NCBI GenBank assembly: GCA_963663035.1
Contig: OY760074.1
Span: 2,752,001 to 2,816,000, forward strand
Length of the DNA stretch: 64,000 nucleotides
Direction of reading: 5' to 3'
Source: Acidobacteriota bacterium
Lineage (GTDB): Bacteria; Acidobacteriota; UBA6911; RPQK01; JADFOI01
Every line of letters begins with the position of its first letter. Within the stretch, counting starts at the first letter, position 1. Of the stretch, positions 20,162 through 29,922 are shown in pieces. Below the pieces are notes generated by a model. That model searched no databases. It saw nothing but the letters and a program-made list of their open reading frames with translations, and was not told the origin of the DNA. The position numbers and the translations under genes were made by a program.

Positions 20162-21409
20162 ATGGACGGTAATAAATCCATGTTCCCACGTTTACTGGCT
20201 CCAGCCATCCGAGAAGCATTAACCGATACGCCGGTGGTCTGCGTGCTAGGGCCCCGGCAAACGGGCAAGACCACACTCGTTCAGCAATTGGCACCAGATC
20301 GTGCCTATATCAGCCTGGATGAGGCGAACTATCATCGAACGGCTGTTGAGGATCCCGAGGGCTTTATCGCAAGCCTGCCCGATACTGTCACCCTAGACGA
20401 GGTCCAACGGGCTCCAGCGTTGCTTCTCGCCATCAAACGCGCCGTGGATCGGGATCGCCGCCCCGGCCGTTTTCTGCTGACTGGATCGGCCAATCTATTG
20501 TTCTTACCGAAAGTCACCGAATCTCTGGCGGGACGCATGGAGATCGTGCAGTTGCAGCCGCTCACGGAAGCGGAGAAGGAGCGCAAGCCTGGCCGGTTCC
20601 TAAGCGCTCTGCTGGAAGGTTCCCTCAAGCCCAGTATCAGGGGTCGAACCGGTGGGGTCGAACCGGGACTGTCTGAAAGACTGGTGGCGGGCGGCTATCC
20701 CGAACCTCTCGGGCGCTCGCCCCACCGGGCACGGCAATGGCACCGGCAATATCTGCGCGGCATCGTCGAGCGTGACGTTCAGGACGTTGCAAGGGTGAAA
20801 GATGTTCATGAACTGGCCCGCCTCCTGGAATTGCTTGCCCTGCGGAGCGCGCAGTTGTTGAATGCAAGCGGTCTTGCAAACGACCTTGGCTTACACCGGG
20901 AGACCGTCTCCCACTACCTGGCTGTGCTTGAACGGCTCTTCCTGGTGAGACGCCTGCCCGCCTGGCACCGCAACACCACCAAACGGCTTGTCAAATCGCC
21001 CAAAGCGCATTTGCTCGACAGCGGGCTCGGGGCGGCCCTCGCCGATCTGACATCTACCGACTGGCTCGACCGGCGGGATCGCATGGGATATCTGCTGGAG
21101 TCTTTTGTGGTTCAGCAGTTGATCGCCCAGGCGGCCTGGACGGATGCGGCCCTGCGTTTCTGGCATTACCGTGACAAGGATCAGGTCGAGGTAGATATTG
21201 TCATGACGCGGGGCCGGAAGGTCTGGGGTATCGAAGTCAAGGCCGCCGCATCGTTGACGCGCCGGGACGGGCAAGGGCTGGCGCGTCTGTCAGATCGCTG
21301 CGGCAAGGATTTCGAGGGCGGTATCCTGCTCTATGCCGGGTTGGATTGCTTGCCCTTGGGTGGGAAACGTATGCTCGCCGTGCCGCTTAATGAACTATGG
21401 ACGCGATAG
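20162..21409 (+). CDS. AAA-family ATPase with C-terminal DUF4143 domain
   Basis: GPRQTGKTT, LDEVQR, LTGSA, ESLAGR, GGYPE, KSPK..LLDSGL, EVDIV...IEVK. Confidence 0.9.
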   Translation: MDGNKSMFPRLLAPAIREALTDTPVVCVLGPRQTGKTTLVQQLAPDRAYISLDEANYHRTAVEDPEGFIASLPDTVTLDEVQRAPALLLAIKRAVDRDRRPGRFLLTGSANLLFLPKVTESLAGRMEIVQLQPLTEAEKERKPGRFLSALLEGSLKPSIRGRTGGVEPGLSERLVAGGYPEPLGRSPHRARQWHRQYLRGIVERDVQDVARVKDVHELARLLELLALRSAQLLNASGLANDLGLHRETVSHYLAVLERLFLVRRLPAWHRNTTKRLVKSPKAHLLDSGLGAALADLTSTDWLDRRDRMGYLLESFVVQQLIAQAAWTDAALRFWHYRDKDQVEVDIVMTRGRKVWGIEVKAAASLTRRDGQGLARLSDRCGKDFEGGILLYAGLDCLPLGGKRMLAVPLNELWTR

Positions 21410-21502
21410 GCCGCTGTGGCAACCTTCTATGCAAAGATATCGAGGCCTGAAATGACCAAGGGAACGCAACCGGCCGGATCTTTATACCCCCAGGAAGAGG
21501 AG

Positions 21503-22132
21503 ATGAATATTCGACGCACGAACAGGAACTCACACGAATCCGTACGCTATCGAGCAACGATCGCGGCGAGTTCCCTGAAAATCGTCGAGAGCCGAACCAT
21601 CGCAGATCTGTTGTTGCGGGGTGTTGGCGCCCACGAATGGCGCACGGAACTGGTGGAGAAAAATGTTCTCCAGATCCAAAGTCCAGAGACCGCCACGCGG
21701 TGGGGCCAACTGCTCCGTGCCCGCCTTGAATTAATGAAGCCCACGCTTTGGGAAATGGTCCGTGATGGTTCAGTCCCGCTTGCAACGCACGCCTGCCTCG
21801 CTGCTGCCGTGAAACATAGCCCCCTGCTCGGCGACTTTCTGGATATAGCAGTGCGCGAGCAGTACCGGCTATTCCGGCCGGGCCTCTCCAAGCGCATTTG
21901 GGAGCATTTCATCGAGGATTGTTGCAACCGTGACCCGGGGATGCCGGACTGGAGCGAATCGACAGTAGCGCGCTTGCGTTCGACTGTCTTCGCGATCCTC
22001 GCGCAGGCCGGCTACGTCGAGAACACACGCACCCTCAAGTTGCAAACGGTTCATGTTGCCAGGGAAGTGCTGAACTACTTGCACGAGGAGAACGAAAAGT
22101 ACGTGCTCCGCTGCATTAAGGTTCGACCATGA
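21503..22132 (+). CDS. brxA: BREX BrxA (DUF1819)
   Basis: YRATIAASSLKIVESRTIADLLL...WSESTVARLR...ILAQAGY; first gene of the BREX-1 order. Confidence 0.9.
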   Translation: MNIRRTNRNSHESVRYRATIAASSLKIVESRTIADLLLRGVGAHEWRTELVEKNVLQIQSPETATRWGQLLRARLELMKPTLWEMVRDGSVPLATHACLAAAVKHSPLLGDFLDIAVREQYRLFRPGLSKRIWEHFIEDCCNRDPGMPDWSESTVARLRSTVFAILAQAGYVENTRTLKLQTVHVAREVLNYLHEENEKYVLRCIKVRP

Positions 22133-22737
22133 GTGACCTGCTGACCCAGCGGCTCAACCAGATCCTTCCGAAGCTCACATCGGACGATTTTATTAAAGCC
22201 CGTGGCATTGGCAATGAGATTGCCTTTTATATCTTCGATTATGCGCCGGAGGATGAGCTGCGCATCCGCGAACACATCCGGTTCCTCCTGGATCACCTGC
22301 CGAAGAATAGGCCCGGTCTTCGGGTGACCCACGTCAACCTCTTTGATTTCCTGATCCATTACCTCAAGGAGCGCAACCTATTGGAGCAGTCGTTCCGGTT
22401 GCAGCGCGAGAAGGGCAACGACGCGCTTCTGAAGGCATTAAAGGGCGTCCTGCATGAGGGAAAGATCGCCCGGCGTTTTGCCGGCACCGCAAAGCCGGGG
22501 GAGCATGACCTCGTGTTGATATCCGGGATCGGCAGTGTTTATCCATTACTGCGATCGCATACCTTGCTCAGCAATTTGCACGCCATCATGGGACAGACGC
22601 CCCTGGTCATGTTCTATCCCGGCAGATATGACACGCAGACATTACGGCTCTTTGGCAAGACCGGCCTGACCGGTGGTTCCGCCGGGGAAGGCAAGAAGCA
22701 AACAAATTACTATCGGGCCTTTAGACTGATTGATTAA
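22129..22737 (+). CDS. brxB: BREX BrxB (DUF1788)
   Basis: GIGNEIAFYIFDYAPEDE, GSVYPLLRSH, FYPGRYD, NYYRAFRL. Confidence 0.93.
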   Translation: MSDLLTQRLNQILPKLTSDDFIKARGIGNEIAFYIFDYAPEDELRIREHIRFLLDHLPKNRPGLRVTHVNLFDFLIHYLKERNLLEQSFRLQREKGNDALLKALKGVLHEGKIARRFAGTAKPGEHDLVLISGIGSVYPLLRSHTLLSNLHAIMGQTPLVMFYPGRYDTQTLRLFGKTGLTGGSAGEGKKQTNYYRAFRLID

Positions 22738-22750
22738 AGCGAGAACCACA

Positions 22751-25700
22751 ATGCGTATTGAGAATCTATTTCAGAAGGACATTTCCCGGCCCATCAATGG
22801 CGTCGTAAAAGCCGATCAGCTGGATGAATCATCGGTCTGGCAGGAGCTGGAGGAGTTCGTTGTCACGAAGGAACTGGACCAACACCTTCGGCGCTTCTTC
22901 TCCAGCTACTGCGAAGCGATGGACAAGACCGGGGACCCGGATGTTGCGGGGAAGATCGGGGTCTGGGTTTCGGGTTTTTTTGGATCCGGCAAATCCCACT
23001 TCATCAAAGTGCTGTCCTACCTGCTCAATAACAAGAGTCATACGCATGATGGTCAAACCCGGCAGGCCGTCGAATTCTTCGATCTAAAAGTCAAGGATGC
23101 GATGCTGCTCGGGGACATCAAGCGTGCGGTCGCATCCCATACCGATGTCATTTTGTTCAATATCGACAGCAAGGCGGACAACCGGGCTGGGCGCGATGCC
23201 ATCCTGGCGGTCTTCCTCAAAGTGTTGAACGAGTTGGCGGGATACAGTGGCGATCACCCGCATATCGCCCACATGGAGCGTTATCTCGAAGGCAAGGGCA
23301 GGCTTGAGGTCTTTCACGATGCCTATCGGGCACAGACCGGCACCAATTGGACCGACGAACGCGACGCTTACGCGTTCAATCGGGACGAGGTTATCAAGGC
23401 ACTGGCCTATTCCCTCCGCCAGAGTGAACAATCCTGCGAGAAATGGATGGACGGCGCCGAGGGCAATTTTGCCCTGACCATCGAGAACTTCTGCCAATGG
23501 GTCCAGGACTATCTCGATGGCAGGGGGGAAGACCACCGCATCGTCTTTCTCGTTGATGAGGTCGGGCAGTTCATCGGCACCGATACCCACCTGATGCTCA
23601 ATCTGCAAACCATCACCGAAGAGCTGGGCACCGTCTGCAAGGGCCGGGCTTGGGTTGTCGTCACGTCTCAGGAGGACATCGATGCGGTGCTCGGTGAGAT
23701 ACAGGGAACCCGCGCCAACGACTTTTCCAAAATCCAGGGCCGGTTCCGCACCCGCCTGTCGCTGTCCAGCGCCAATGTGGATGAGGTCATCCAGGAACGC
23801 CTGCTTGCCAAGCGGGAAGAAGTACGGGCCGGACTGGAGGCAGAGTACGCCAGGCAAGGCGACATTCTTAAGAATCAACTATCCTTCAGGGATGCCGGAA
23901 TGACCTTCCCGCAGTTCAGGGATGCGGATGATTTCGTGCGGAATTATCCCTTCGCGCCCTACCAGTTCAAGCTGCTCCAGAAGATTTTCGAGTCGATCCG
24001 CAAGGCGGGAGCTACCGGGCTCCATCTGGCCCAAGGGGAGCGTTCCCTGTTGGACGCCTTCCAGCATGCGGGGAAGTCCGTGGCCCGCATGGAAGTAGGC
24101 ATTCTGGTTCCGCTGTATCGCTTTTACCCGTCCATTGAGAGCTTTCTCGACACCACCGTCAAACGCACCATCGACCAAGCCAAAGACAATACGAGTCTGG
24201 AGGATTTTGACACCCGGCTCCTTGAAGTGCTTTTTCTCATCCGCTACGTCGATGAAGTCAAAGGCAATGTCGATAACCTCGTCACCCTGTGCCTTGATCA
24301 GATCGACGCAGACCGTCTCGCACTGCGAAAAACCATCGAGGCCAGCCTTCAGCGGCTGGAGCGGGAAACGCTCGTCAACCGCAGCGGCGACACCTACTTT
24401 TTCCTGACCAGCGAAGAGCGCGACATTAATCGCGAAATCAAAAATGTCGAACTGGGTAGCGCGGAGGAAGCTAAGCTCGTCGGTGAGCTTGTTTTTGACG
24501 ATGTATTGAAAGGTCATCGCAAGCATCGCTTCAGCGCCAACAAAATGGATTTCAGCTTCAGCCGTATTTGCGACGCGCATCCGGTCGGCAATCGCACCGA
24601 GGGCGCACTCGTCGTCTCGATTATGACGCCGTTGGCCGAGGACTATGAGTTCTACCAGGAAGATGGCAAGTGCGTGCTGGAAAGCAGCCGGGAGGACGGG
24701 CAGGTTCTCATCCGGCTACGGGACGACGAGAGTCTGGGGCGGGAACTGCGCACGCTGTTGCGGACGGACAAATACATTCGAACGAAGGATGACGGTACTC
24801 TGCCGGCCACCACCAAACGAATCCACCGCGATCTGGCTGAGGAGAATCGCATGCGCCGCGACCACCTGATCGGCCTGCTCGGCGAGATGCTGGCGGACGC
24901 CAGCTACTTTGTGGCGGGGCAGCGGCTAGAGGTTTCCGCCAGTGCTCCTCAGATAGCCCTGAGCAAGGCGATGGAGTACCTCATCCAGAACACCTTTAAC
25001 AAGATGAGCTATCTCAAGACGCTTTGCGACGATCCGCTCAAGGAGATCCAGGCCGTTTTACGCAGCAATGATATTGGACAATACAACCTCGGCATGGATA
25101 TGCCTGAGAGCAATCCGCAAGCCATTGAAGAGCTTCGCGCTCACATCGAGCTTTGCAAGAAAACCAACCGGCAGATTGTACTTGGCACGATCACCGAGCG
25201 CTACGCCAAGCGTCCTTATGGCTGGCCCGAGTTCGAGGTCATTCTTCTTCTAGCCCGGCTCATCATGGCTGGCGATGTGCAATGCGTCTTGGGCGGTGCG
25301 GCAATCCCAAAGGACAAGCTATACGAAGCGCTCACGTCAAAGCGCAAGTGGCGAAACATCACGATCGTCCAGCGGGCTACGACCCGGCCCGAGGACGTGA
25401 AGCAAGCCAGGGAACTAGGCCGGGACGTGTTCTCGGAGATGGGGCCGGAGAGCGAAGATGCCCTGTTTGAGTTCTTAAAGGGCCGCCTTGAAGACTGGCG
25501 TGAGAAGTTGAGCCAGTATCGTGCCCTGGCGGATACCGGAAGTTACCCTGGATCTGCAGATATCGCAGACAGCCTCAGCCTTCTCAAGATACTGAGGGCT
25601 CCCGAGGATAGCAACAGGTTCTTGGCGCAGGTCAATGAGCACGAAAGCGACCTGCGGGATCTCGCCGAAAGATTCCATGATCTCGATCACTTCTACGAAC

Positions 25701-26323
25701 ATCAGCGCCCCATGTGGGACAAGTTGCGCACGGCATCGAGTCGATTCAAACTCAATCAAATGGAGCTGGAGCGAGACGACTCCGCCGGACCTGCGTTGCG
25801 GCGGATGAGCGAAATCCTCTCTGCACCGAATCCTTACGGATTGCTCAAGGAAGCCGAAGGGCTGATTCGCACGGTAAGCGAAGTAAACGAGGAGCTGCTT
25901 TCTGAGCGACGGACCCGGGCGATTGCAACAATCACCGAACAGACTGCCAGCGTGAGCGCAGAGGTCTCAACGGCGGGTGGAGACGAATCATTGAAAACAA
26001 CGTGCCTTACGCCACTGGAAGATCTGGCGAAACAGGTTTCGACCCACGAGAGTCTTGCACATATCGGCCAGGCTGAGGGCGAAGCCGTGCGCTTGAAGGA
26101 CGAGGCGTTGGACCAGGTCGAGCGCTATCTAGAGCGAAAAGCCGAGGAAGGCAAGGCGGGGCCGGACAAGCCGGTAGTCAAGCCCCGGCGGGTCGTCTCT
26201 CCTGGCAAGTTCGTCAAGTCGTCCTATCTTGAATCTAAGGCCGACGTGAACACTTTCCTTGACGATCTTCGTGAAGAACTGGCCGATGCCCTGGCCAAAA
26301 ACGAGCGCATAGAAATCCGTTAG
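22751..26323 (+). CDS. brxC: BREX P-loop ATPase BrxC
   Basis: RPINGVVKA, GFFGSGKSHFIK, FLVDEVGQFI, FSKIQGRF. Confidence 0.95.
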   Translation: MRIENLFQKDISRPINGVVKADQLDESSVWQELEEFVVTKELDQHLRRFFSSYCEAMDKTGDPDVAGKIGVWVSGFFGSGKSHFIKVLSYLLNNKSHTHDGQTRQAVEFFDLKVKDAMLLGDIKRAVASHTDVILFNIDSKADNRAGRDAILAVFLKVLNELAGYSGDHPHIAHMERYLEGKGRLEVFHDAYRAQTGTNWTDERDAYAFNRDEVIKALAYSLRQSEQSCEKWMDGAEGNFALTIENFCQWVQDYLDGRGEDHRIVFLVDEVGQFIGTDTHLMLNLQTITEELGTVCKGRAWVVVTSQEDIDAVLGEIQGTRANDFSKIQGRFRTRLSLSSANVDEVIQERLLAKREEVRAGLEAEYARQGDILKNQLSFRDAGMTFPQFRDADDFVRNYPFAPYQFKLLQKIFESIRKAGATGLHLAQGERSLLDAFQHAGKSVARMEVGILVPLYRFYPSIESFLDTTVKRTIDQAKDNTSLEDFDTRLLEVLFLIRYVDEVKGNVDNLVTLCLDQIDADRLALRKTIEASLQRLERETLVNRSGDTYFFLTSEERDINREIKNVELGSAEEAKLVGELVFDDVLKGHRKHRFSANKMDFSFSRICDAHPVGNRTEGALVVSIMTPLAEDYEFYQEDGKCVLESSREDGQVLIRLRDDESLGRELRTLLRTDKYIRTKDDGTLPATTKRIHRDLAEENRMRRDHLIGLLGEMLADASYFVAGQRLEVSASAPQIALSKAMEYLIQNTFNKMSYLKTLCDDPLKEIQAVLRSNDIGQYNLGMDMPESNPQAIEELRAHIELCKKTNRQIVLGTITERYAKRPYGWPEFEVILLLARLIMAGDVQCVLGGAAIPKDKLYEALTSKRKWRNITIVQRATTRPEDVKQARELGRDVFSEMGPESEDALFEFLKGRLEDWREKLSQYRALADTGSYPGSADIADSLSLLKILRAPEDSNRFLAQVNEHESDLRDLAERFHDLDHFYEHQRPMWDKLRTASSRFKLNQMELERDDSAGPALRRMSEILSAPNPYGLLKEAEGLIRTVSEVNEELLSERRTRAIATITEQTASVSAEVSTAGGDESLKTTCLTPLEDLAKQVSTHESLAHIGQAEGEAVRLKDEALDQVERYLERKAEEGKAGPDKPVVKPRRVVSPGKFVKSSYLESKADVNTFLDDLREELADALAKNERIEIR

Positions 26324-26340
26324 ACCGGCATCAATACAAT

Positions 26341-29300
26341 ATGAATCGCAACACACTCGAAGCCTATGCCCAAAAAGCACGGCGCGATTTCATCGCGGCG
26401 GTAACCGGGCGAGCGGCGTTTTACGGACTGACTGCCAAAACCATTGAGCCGGTTGTAGAGCAGGGCGATGTGACCATGATCGGCGCACATGCCTTCCCTC
26501 GCAATGTGGCGGTCCCGCGCAAGCGTCTGGAAGAACGGATCCAACAAGACGGCTTCGAGCAGGTCATGGAGGCAATAGCCTATACGTGGTTCAACCGTTT
26601 CGCAGCCATACGTTACATGGAGCTGCACGGCTATCTAGACCATGGCTACCGCGTTTTGAGTCATCCCGAAGGCCGGCCATACCCCGAGATCTTGGAGCAC
26701 GCCGCTGATGTCGATCTGCCGAACTTCGACCGGGAGAAAGCCGTGGAACTAAAGCTTGACGGTAGCAAAGACGAAGAGCTCTACCGGCTGCTCCTCAAGG
26801 CCCAGTGCAACGCCCTGCATCAGGCCATGCCTTTTCTCTTTGAGCGCATTGGGGATGAGACCGAGTTGCTGCTGCCCGCAAACCTGCTCCACACCGACTC
26901 GCTGATCCACCGGATGGTCGAGAGCATCGACGAGAGCGCCTGGGGGCAGATCGAGATCATCGGCTGGCTCTACCAGTTCTACATCTCGGAGAAGAAAGAC
27001 CAGGTCATTGGCAACGTGGTGGCCTCTGAAGACATTCCGGCAGCGACCCAGCTTTTCACGCCCAACTGGATCGTGAAGTACCTGGTTCAGAATTCGCTGG
27101 GGGCACAGTGGCTGGCGACCTATCCGCACTCGCAGCTCTCGGGGAAGATGGAATACTACATCAAGCCCGCCGAGCAGACCGATGAGGTCAAAGCGCAGCT
27201 TGCGGCTATCACTCCTGGCACGCTCAACCCCGAGGCGCTAACCCTCATCGACCCGGCCAGTGGCTCCGGGCACATCCTGGTGGAGGCCTATGATCTGTTC
27301 AAGGCCATCTACCTGGAACGAGGCTATCGCCAGAGGGATGTGGCCCAGTTGATTTTAGAGAAAAACCTCTTCGGCCTCGATATCGACGGGCGCGCGGCGC
27401 AGCTGACGGGCTTTGCGCTAATGATGAAGGGGCGGGCTAATGATCGTCGGCTTTTCGAGCGGGGCGTGGAGCTCAACGTGATGTCGCTGGTAGACAGCAA
27501 AGGGTTTGATGCGGAGCGGCTCGCTCAGAGTGTGAAGTTGGCCACCTATGGGCTTACGGCCAGTGACCTTACAGAGCTGAAGCGGCTCTTCGAGCACGCC
27601 TCGACCTTTGGCTCGCTGATCCAGGTGCCGGAAGGACTGGCTGCGAAGCTGCCGCCGTTGAAGCAATTGAGTGAAGCCACAAGTCAAGACCTATTTGTGT
27701 CGGATGCCCTCACGCGGTTGGGGCTGTTGGTGCGGCAGGCCGAGATGCTGGCGACGCAGTACGACGCGGTGGTCGCGAATCCACCGTATATGGGAAGCAA
27801 GGGCATGAATGCCCTGGTGAAGAAGTTCGCCAAGGATCACTTTCCCGACGCGAAGAGCGACCTCTTCGCCTGCTTCATCAAACGTGGCTTCACGTTGGCG
27901 AAGGATGCAGGCCACAACGCCATGGTCACCATGCAGAGTTGGATGTTCCTGTCGTCGTTCGAAAAAATGCGCGAGTGGATGCTGCGGGAGAAGACCATCA
28001 AGACGATGGCTCACCTGGGCGCGCGAGCTTTCGGAAGCATCTCGGGCGAGGTGGTTCAAACAACAGCGTGTGTGCTGCAAAACCGATCACCGCAGGGTTA
28101 CAAGCCAGTGTTTTTCAGGTTACTGGACGGTGGCGAAGCAGAGAAAAGCACGGCGCTGGCCAATGGTGAGAAACGTTTCGATACGACAGCCCAAGACGAG
28201 TTCAAGAAAATCCCCGGCAGTCCCGTGGCTTATTGGGTGAGTGAGCGTGTTCGGGAGATGTTTGAAGAAGGGACGTTGCTAGGCAAGCTTGTTGATGCAA
28301 AACAGGGTCTGGCGACGGCCGACAACGATCAGTTCTTGCGGCGTTGGCATGAGGTGGACCAAGGAAAGTGCTCTTACGACTCTAAAAGCAGAGACGCTGC
28401 GGCCCAATCGGGCAAGAAATGGTTTCCTTACAACAAGGGGGGAGAATTCAAAAAATGGTACGGAAATCAGGAATACCTAGTTAACTGGGAAAATGATGGG
28501 CACGCGATTCGTGCTTTCGGCACCGAGGACGGAGGGCGGGCAAGATCGGTACTGCGGAACACCGAGTTCTACTTTCAGGAGTCTTTAACTTGGTCAGACG
28601 TTACCTCCGGCCCCCCCTCGTTTCGTCTGAATGACAGAGGCAGCATCCACGACGTAGCAGGGATGTCAGCGTTCAGTTTTCGTGGCGTGGAGCGCCTGTT
28701 GCTCTCAGGCTATTGCAATACGCCGATTGTGCTAGCCCTCGCGAGGGTAACGAATCCGACACTGCACTTCCAGATCGGTAACTTTGTGAACATCCCATTC
28801 ATAGAGGGCGTTGGGGAAGACTTCAGCCGCGACGTGATGAAGAATGTGGATTGGTTGGTGCGCAGCACAATCATCGACTGGAACGCCTATGAACGCTCCT
28901 GGAACTTCGAATCCCTCCCTATCCTGACCGCATCCTCCGAATCCACGCGCACCCTTGAATCCAGCTACACCGCCTGGATCACACAGAATCGCGAAACCAT
29001 CGCGGAGATGCAGCGTCTCGAAGAGGAGAACAACCGGCTATTCATCGACGCTTATGGCCTGCAAGGCGAACTTACCCCCGACGTCCCCATTGAAGAGATT
29101 ACCCTCACCGTGAACCCCACGTGTAGCTATGGCGGTAATCTCACGGAAGAAGACCAGTGGACCCGCTTCCGCCAGGACACGATGGCCAAACTGGTCTCCT
29201 ACGCTATTGGCTGCATGATGGGCCGTTATAGCCTGGACGCGCCGGGCCTCATCTACGCCCACAGCGGAGGTTCCGGCTTCGACCCCAGCCGCTACAACAC

Positions 29301-29922
29301 GTTCCCTGCCGACCCAGACGGCATCGTCCCGCTCACCGGCTCCGATTGGTTTGAAGATGATGCTGCCCATCGCCTCATGGAGTTCATCTCGGTGGCCTGG
29401 GATGAGACTCACCTTGAAGACAACCTCGCCTTCCTGGCCAGCAACCTCTCACCAAGGAACAACGAGCCCAGCCGTGAGGCCCTGCGCCGCTACCTCTGCG
29501 ACAGGTTCTTCAAGGACCATCTGCAGACCTACAAGAAGCGCCCCATCTACTGGCTCTTCTCAAGCGGCAAGCAGAAGGCATTTCAGTGCCTCGTCTACCT
29601 GCATCGGTACAACGAAGGCACACTGGCCCAGATGCGTACCGAGTATGTGATCCCACTGCAAGGCATGATGGCTTCCCGTGTTCTACGGTTGAAGGACGAT
29701 ATTGCCGCCGACACTTCGACGGCTCATCGCAGGCGGTTGGAGAAGGAGCGGGCGGCACTGGTCAAGCAACGAGCGGAGCTTCGGGAGTTTGACGAAAAGC
29801 TGCGCCACTATGCGGACCAACGCATCGGCCTCGACCTCGACGATGGAGTGAAGGTCAATTACGGCAAGTTCGGAGATTTATTGGCCGAAGTGAAGCCGGT
29901 TACAGGAGCCAAGGCGGACTGA
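26341..29922 (+). CDS. pglX: BREX adenine methyltransferase PglX/BrxX
   Basis: AYTWFNR, PAATQLFTP, DPASGSGHIL, NPPY, KKRPIYW, DLDDGVKVNYGKF. Confidence 0.95.
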   Translation: MNRNTLEAYAQKARRDFIAAVTGRAAFYGLTAKTIEPVVEQGDVTMIGAHAFPRNVAVPRKRLEERIQQDGFEQVMEAIAYTWFNRFAAIRYMELHGYLDHGYRVLSHPEGRPYPEILEHAADVDLPNFDREKAVELKLDGSKDEELYRLLLKAQCNALHQAMPFLFERIGDETELLLPANLLHTDSLIHRMVESIDESAWGQIEIIGWLYQFYISEKKDQVIGNVVASEDIPAATQLFTPNWIVKYLVQNSLGAQWLATYPHSQLSGKMEYYIKPAEQTDEVKAQLAAITPGTLNPEALTLIDPASGSGHILVEAYDLFKAIYLERGYRQRDVAQLILEKNLFGLDIDGRAAQLTGFALMMKGRANDRRLFERGVELNVMSLVDSKGFDAERLAQSVKLATYGLTASDLTELKRLFEHASTFGSLIQVPEGLAAKLPPLKQLSEATSQDLFVSDALTRLGLLVRQAEMLATQYDAVVANPPYMGSKGMNALVKKFAKDHFPDAKSDLFACFIKRGFTLAKDAGHNAMVTMQSWMFLSSFEKMREWMLREKTIKTMAHLGARAFGSISGEVVQTTACVLQNRSPQGYKPVFFRLLDGGEAEKSTALANGEKRFDTTAQDEFKKIPGSPVAYWVSERVREMFEEGTLLGKLVDAKQGLATADNDQFLRRWHEVDQGKCSYDSKSRDAAAQSGKKWFPYNKGGEFKKWYGNQEYLVNWENDGHAIRAFGTEDGGRARSVLRNTEFYFQESLTWSDVTSGPPSFRLNDRGSIHDVAGMSAFSFRGVERLLLSGYCNTPIVLALARVTNPTLHFQIGNFVNIPFIEGVGEDFSRDVMKNVDWLVRSTIIDWNAYERSWNFESLPILTASSESTRTLESSYTAWITQNRETIAEMQRLEEENNRLFIDAYGLQGELTPDVPIEEITLTVNPTCSYGGNLTEEDQWTRFRQDTMAKLVSYAIGCMMGRYSLDAPGLIYAHSGGSGFDPSRYNTFPADPDGIVPLTGSDWFEDDAAHRLMEFISVAWDETHLEDNLAFLASNLSPRNNEPSREALRRYLCDRFFKDHLQTYKKRPIYWLFSSGKQKAFQCLVYLHRYNEGTLAQMRTEYVIPLQGMMASRVLRLKDDIAADTSTAHRRRLEKERAALVKQRAELREFDEKLRHYADQRIGLDLDDGVKVNYGKFGDLLAEVKPVTGAKAD

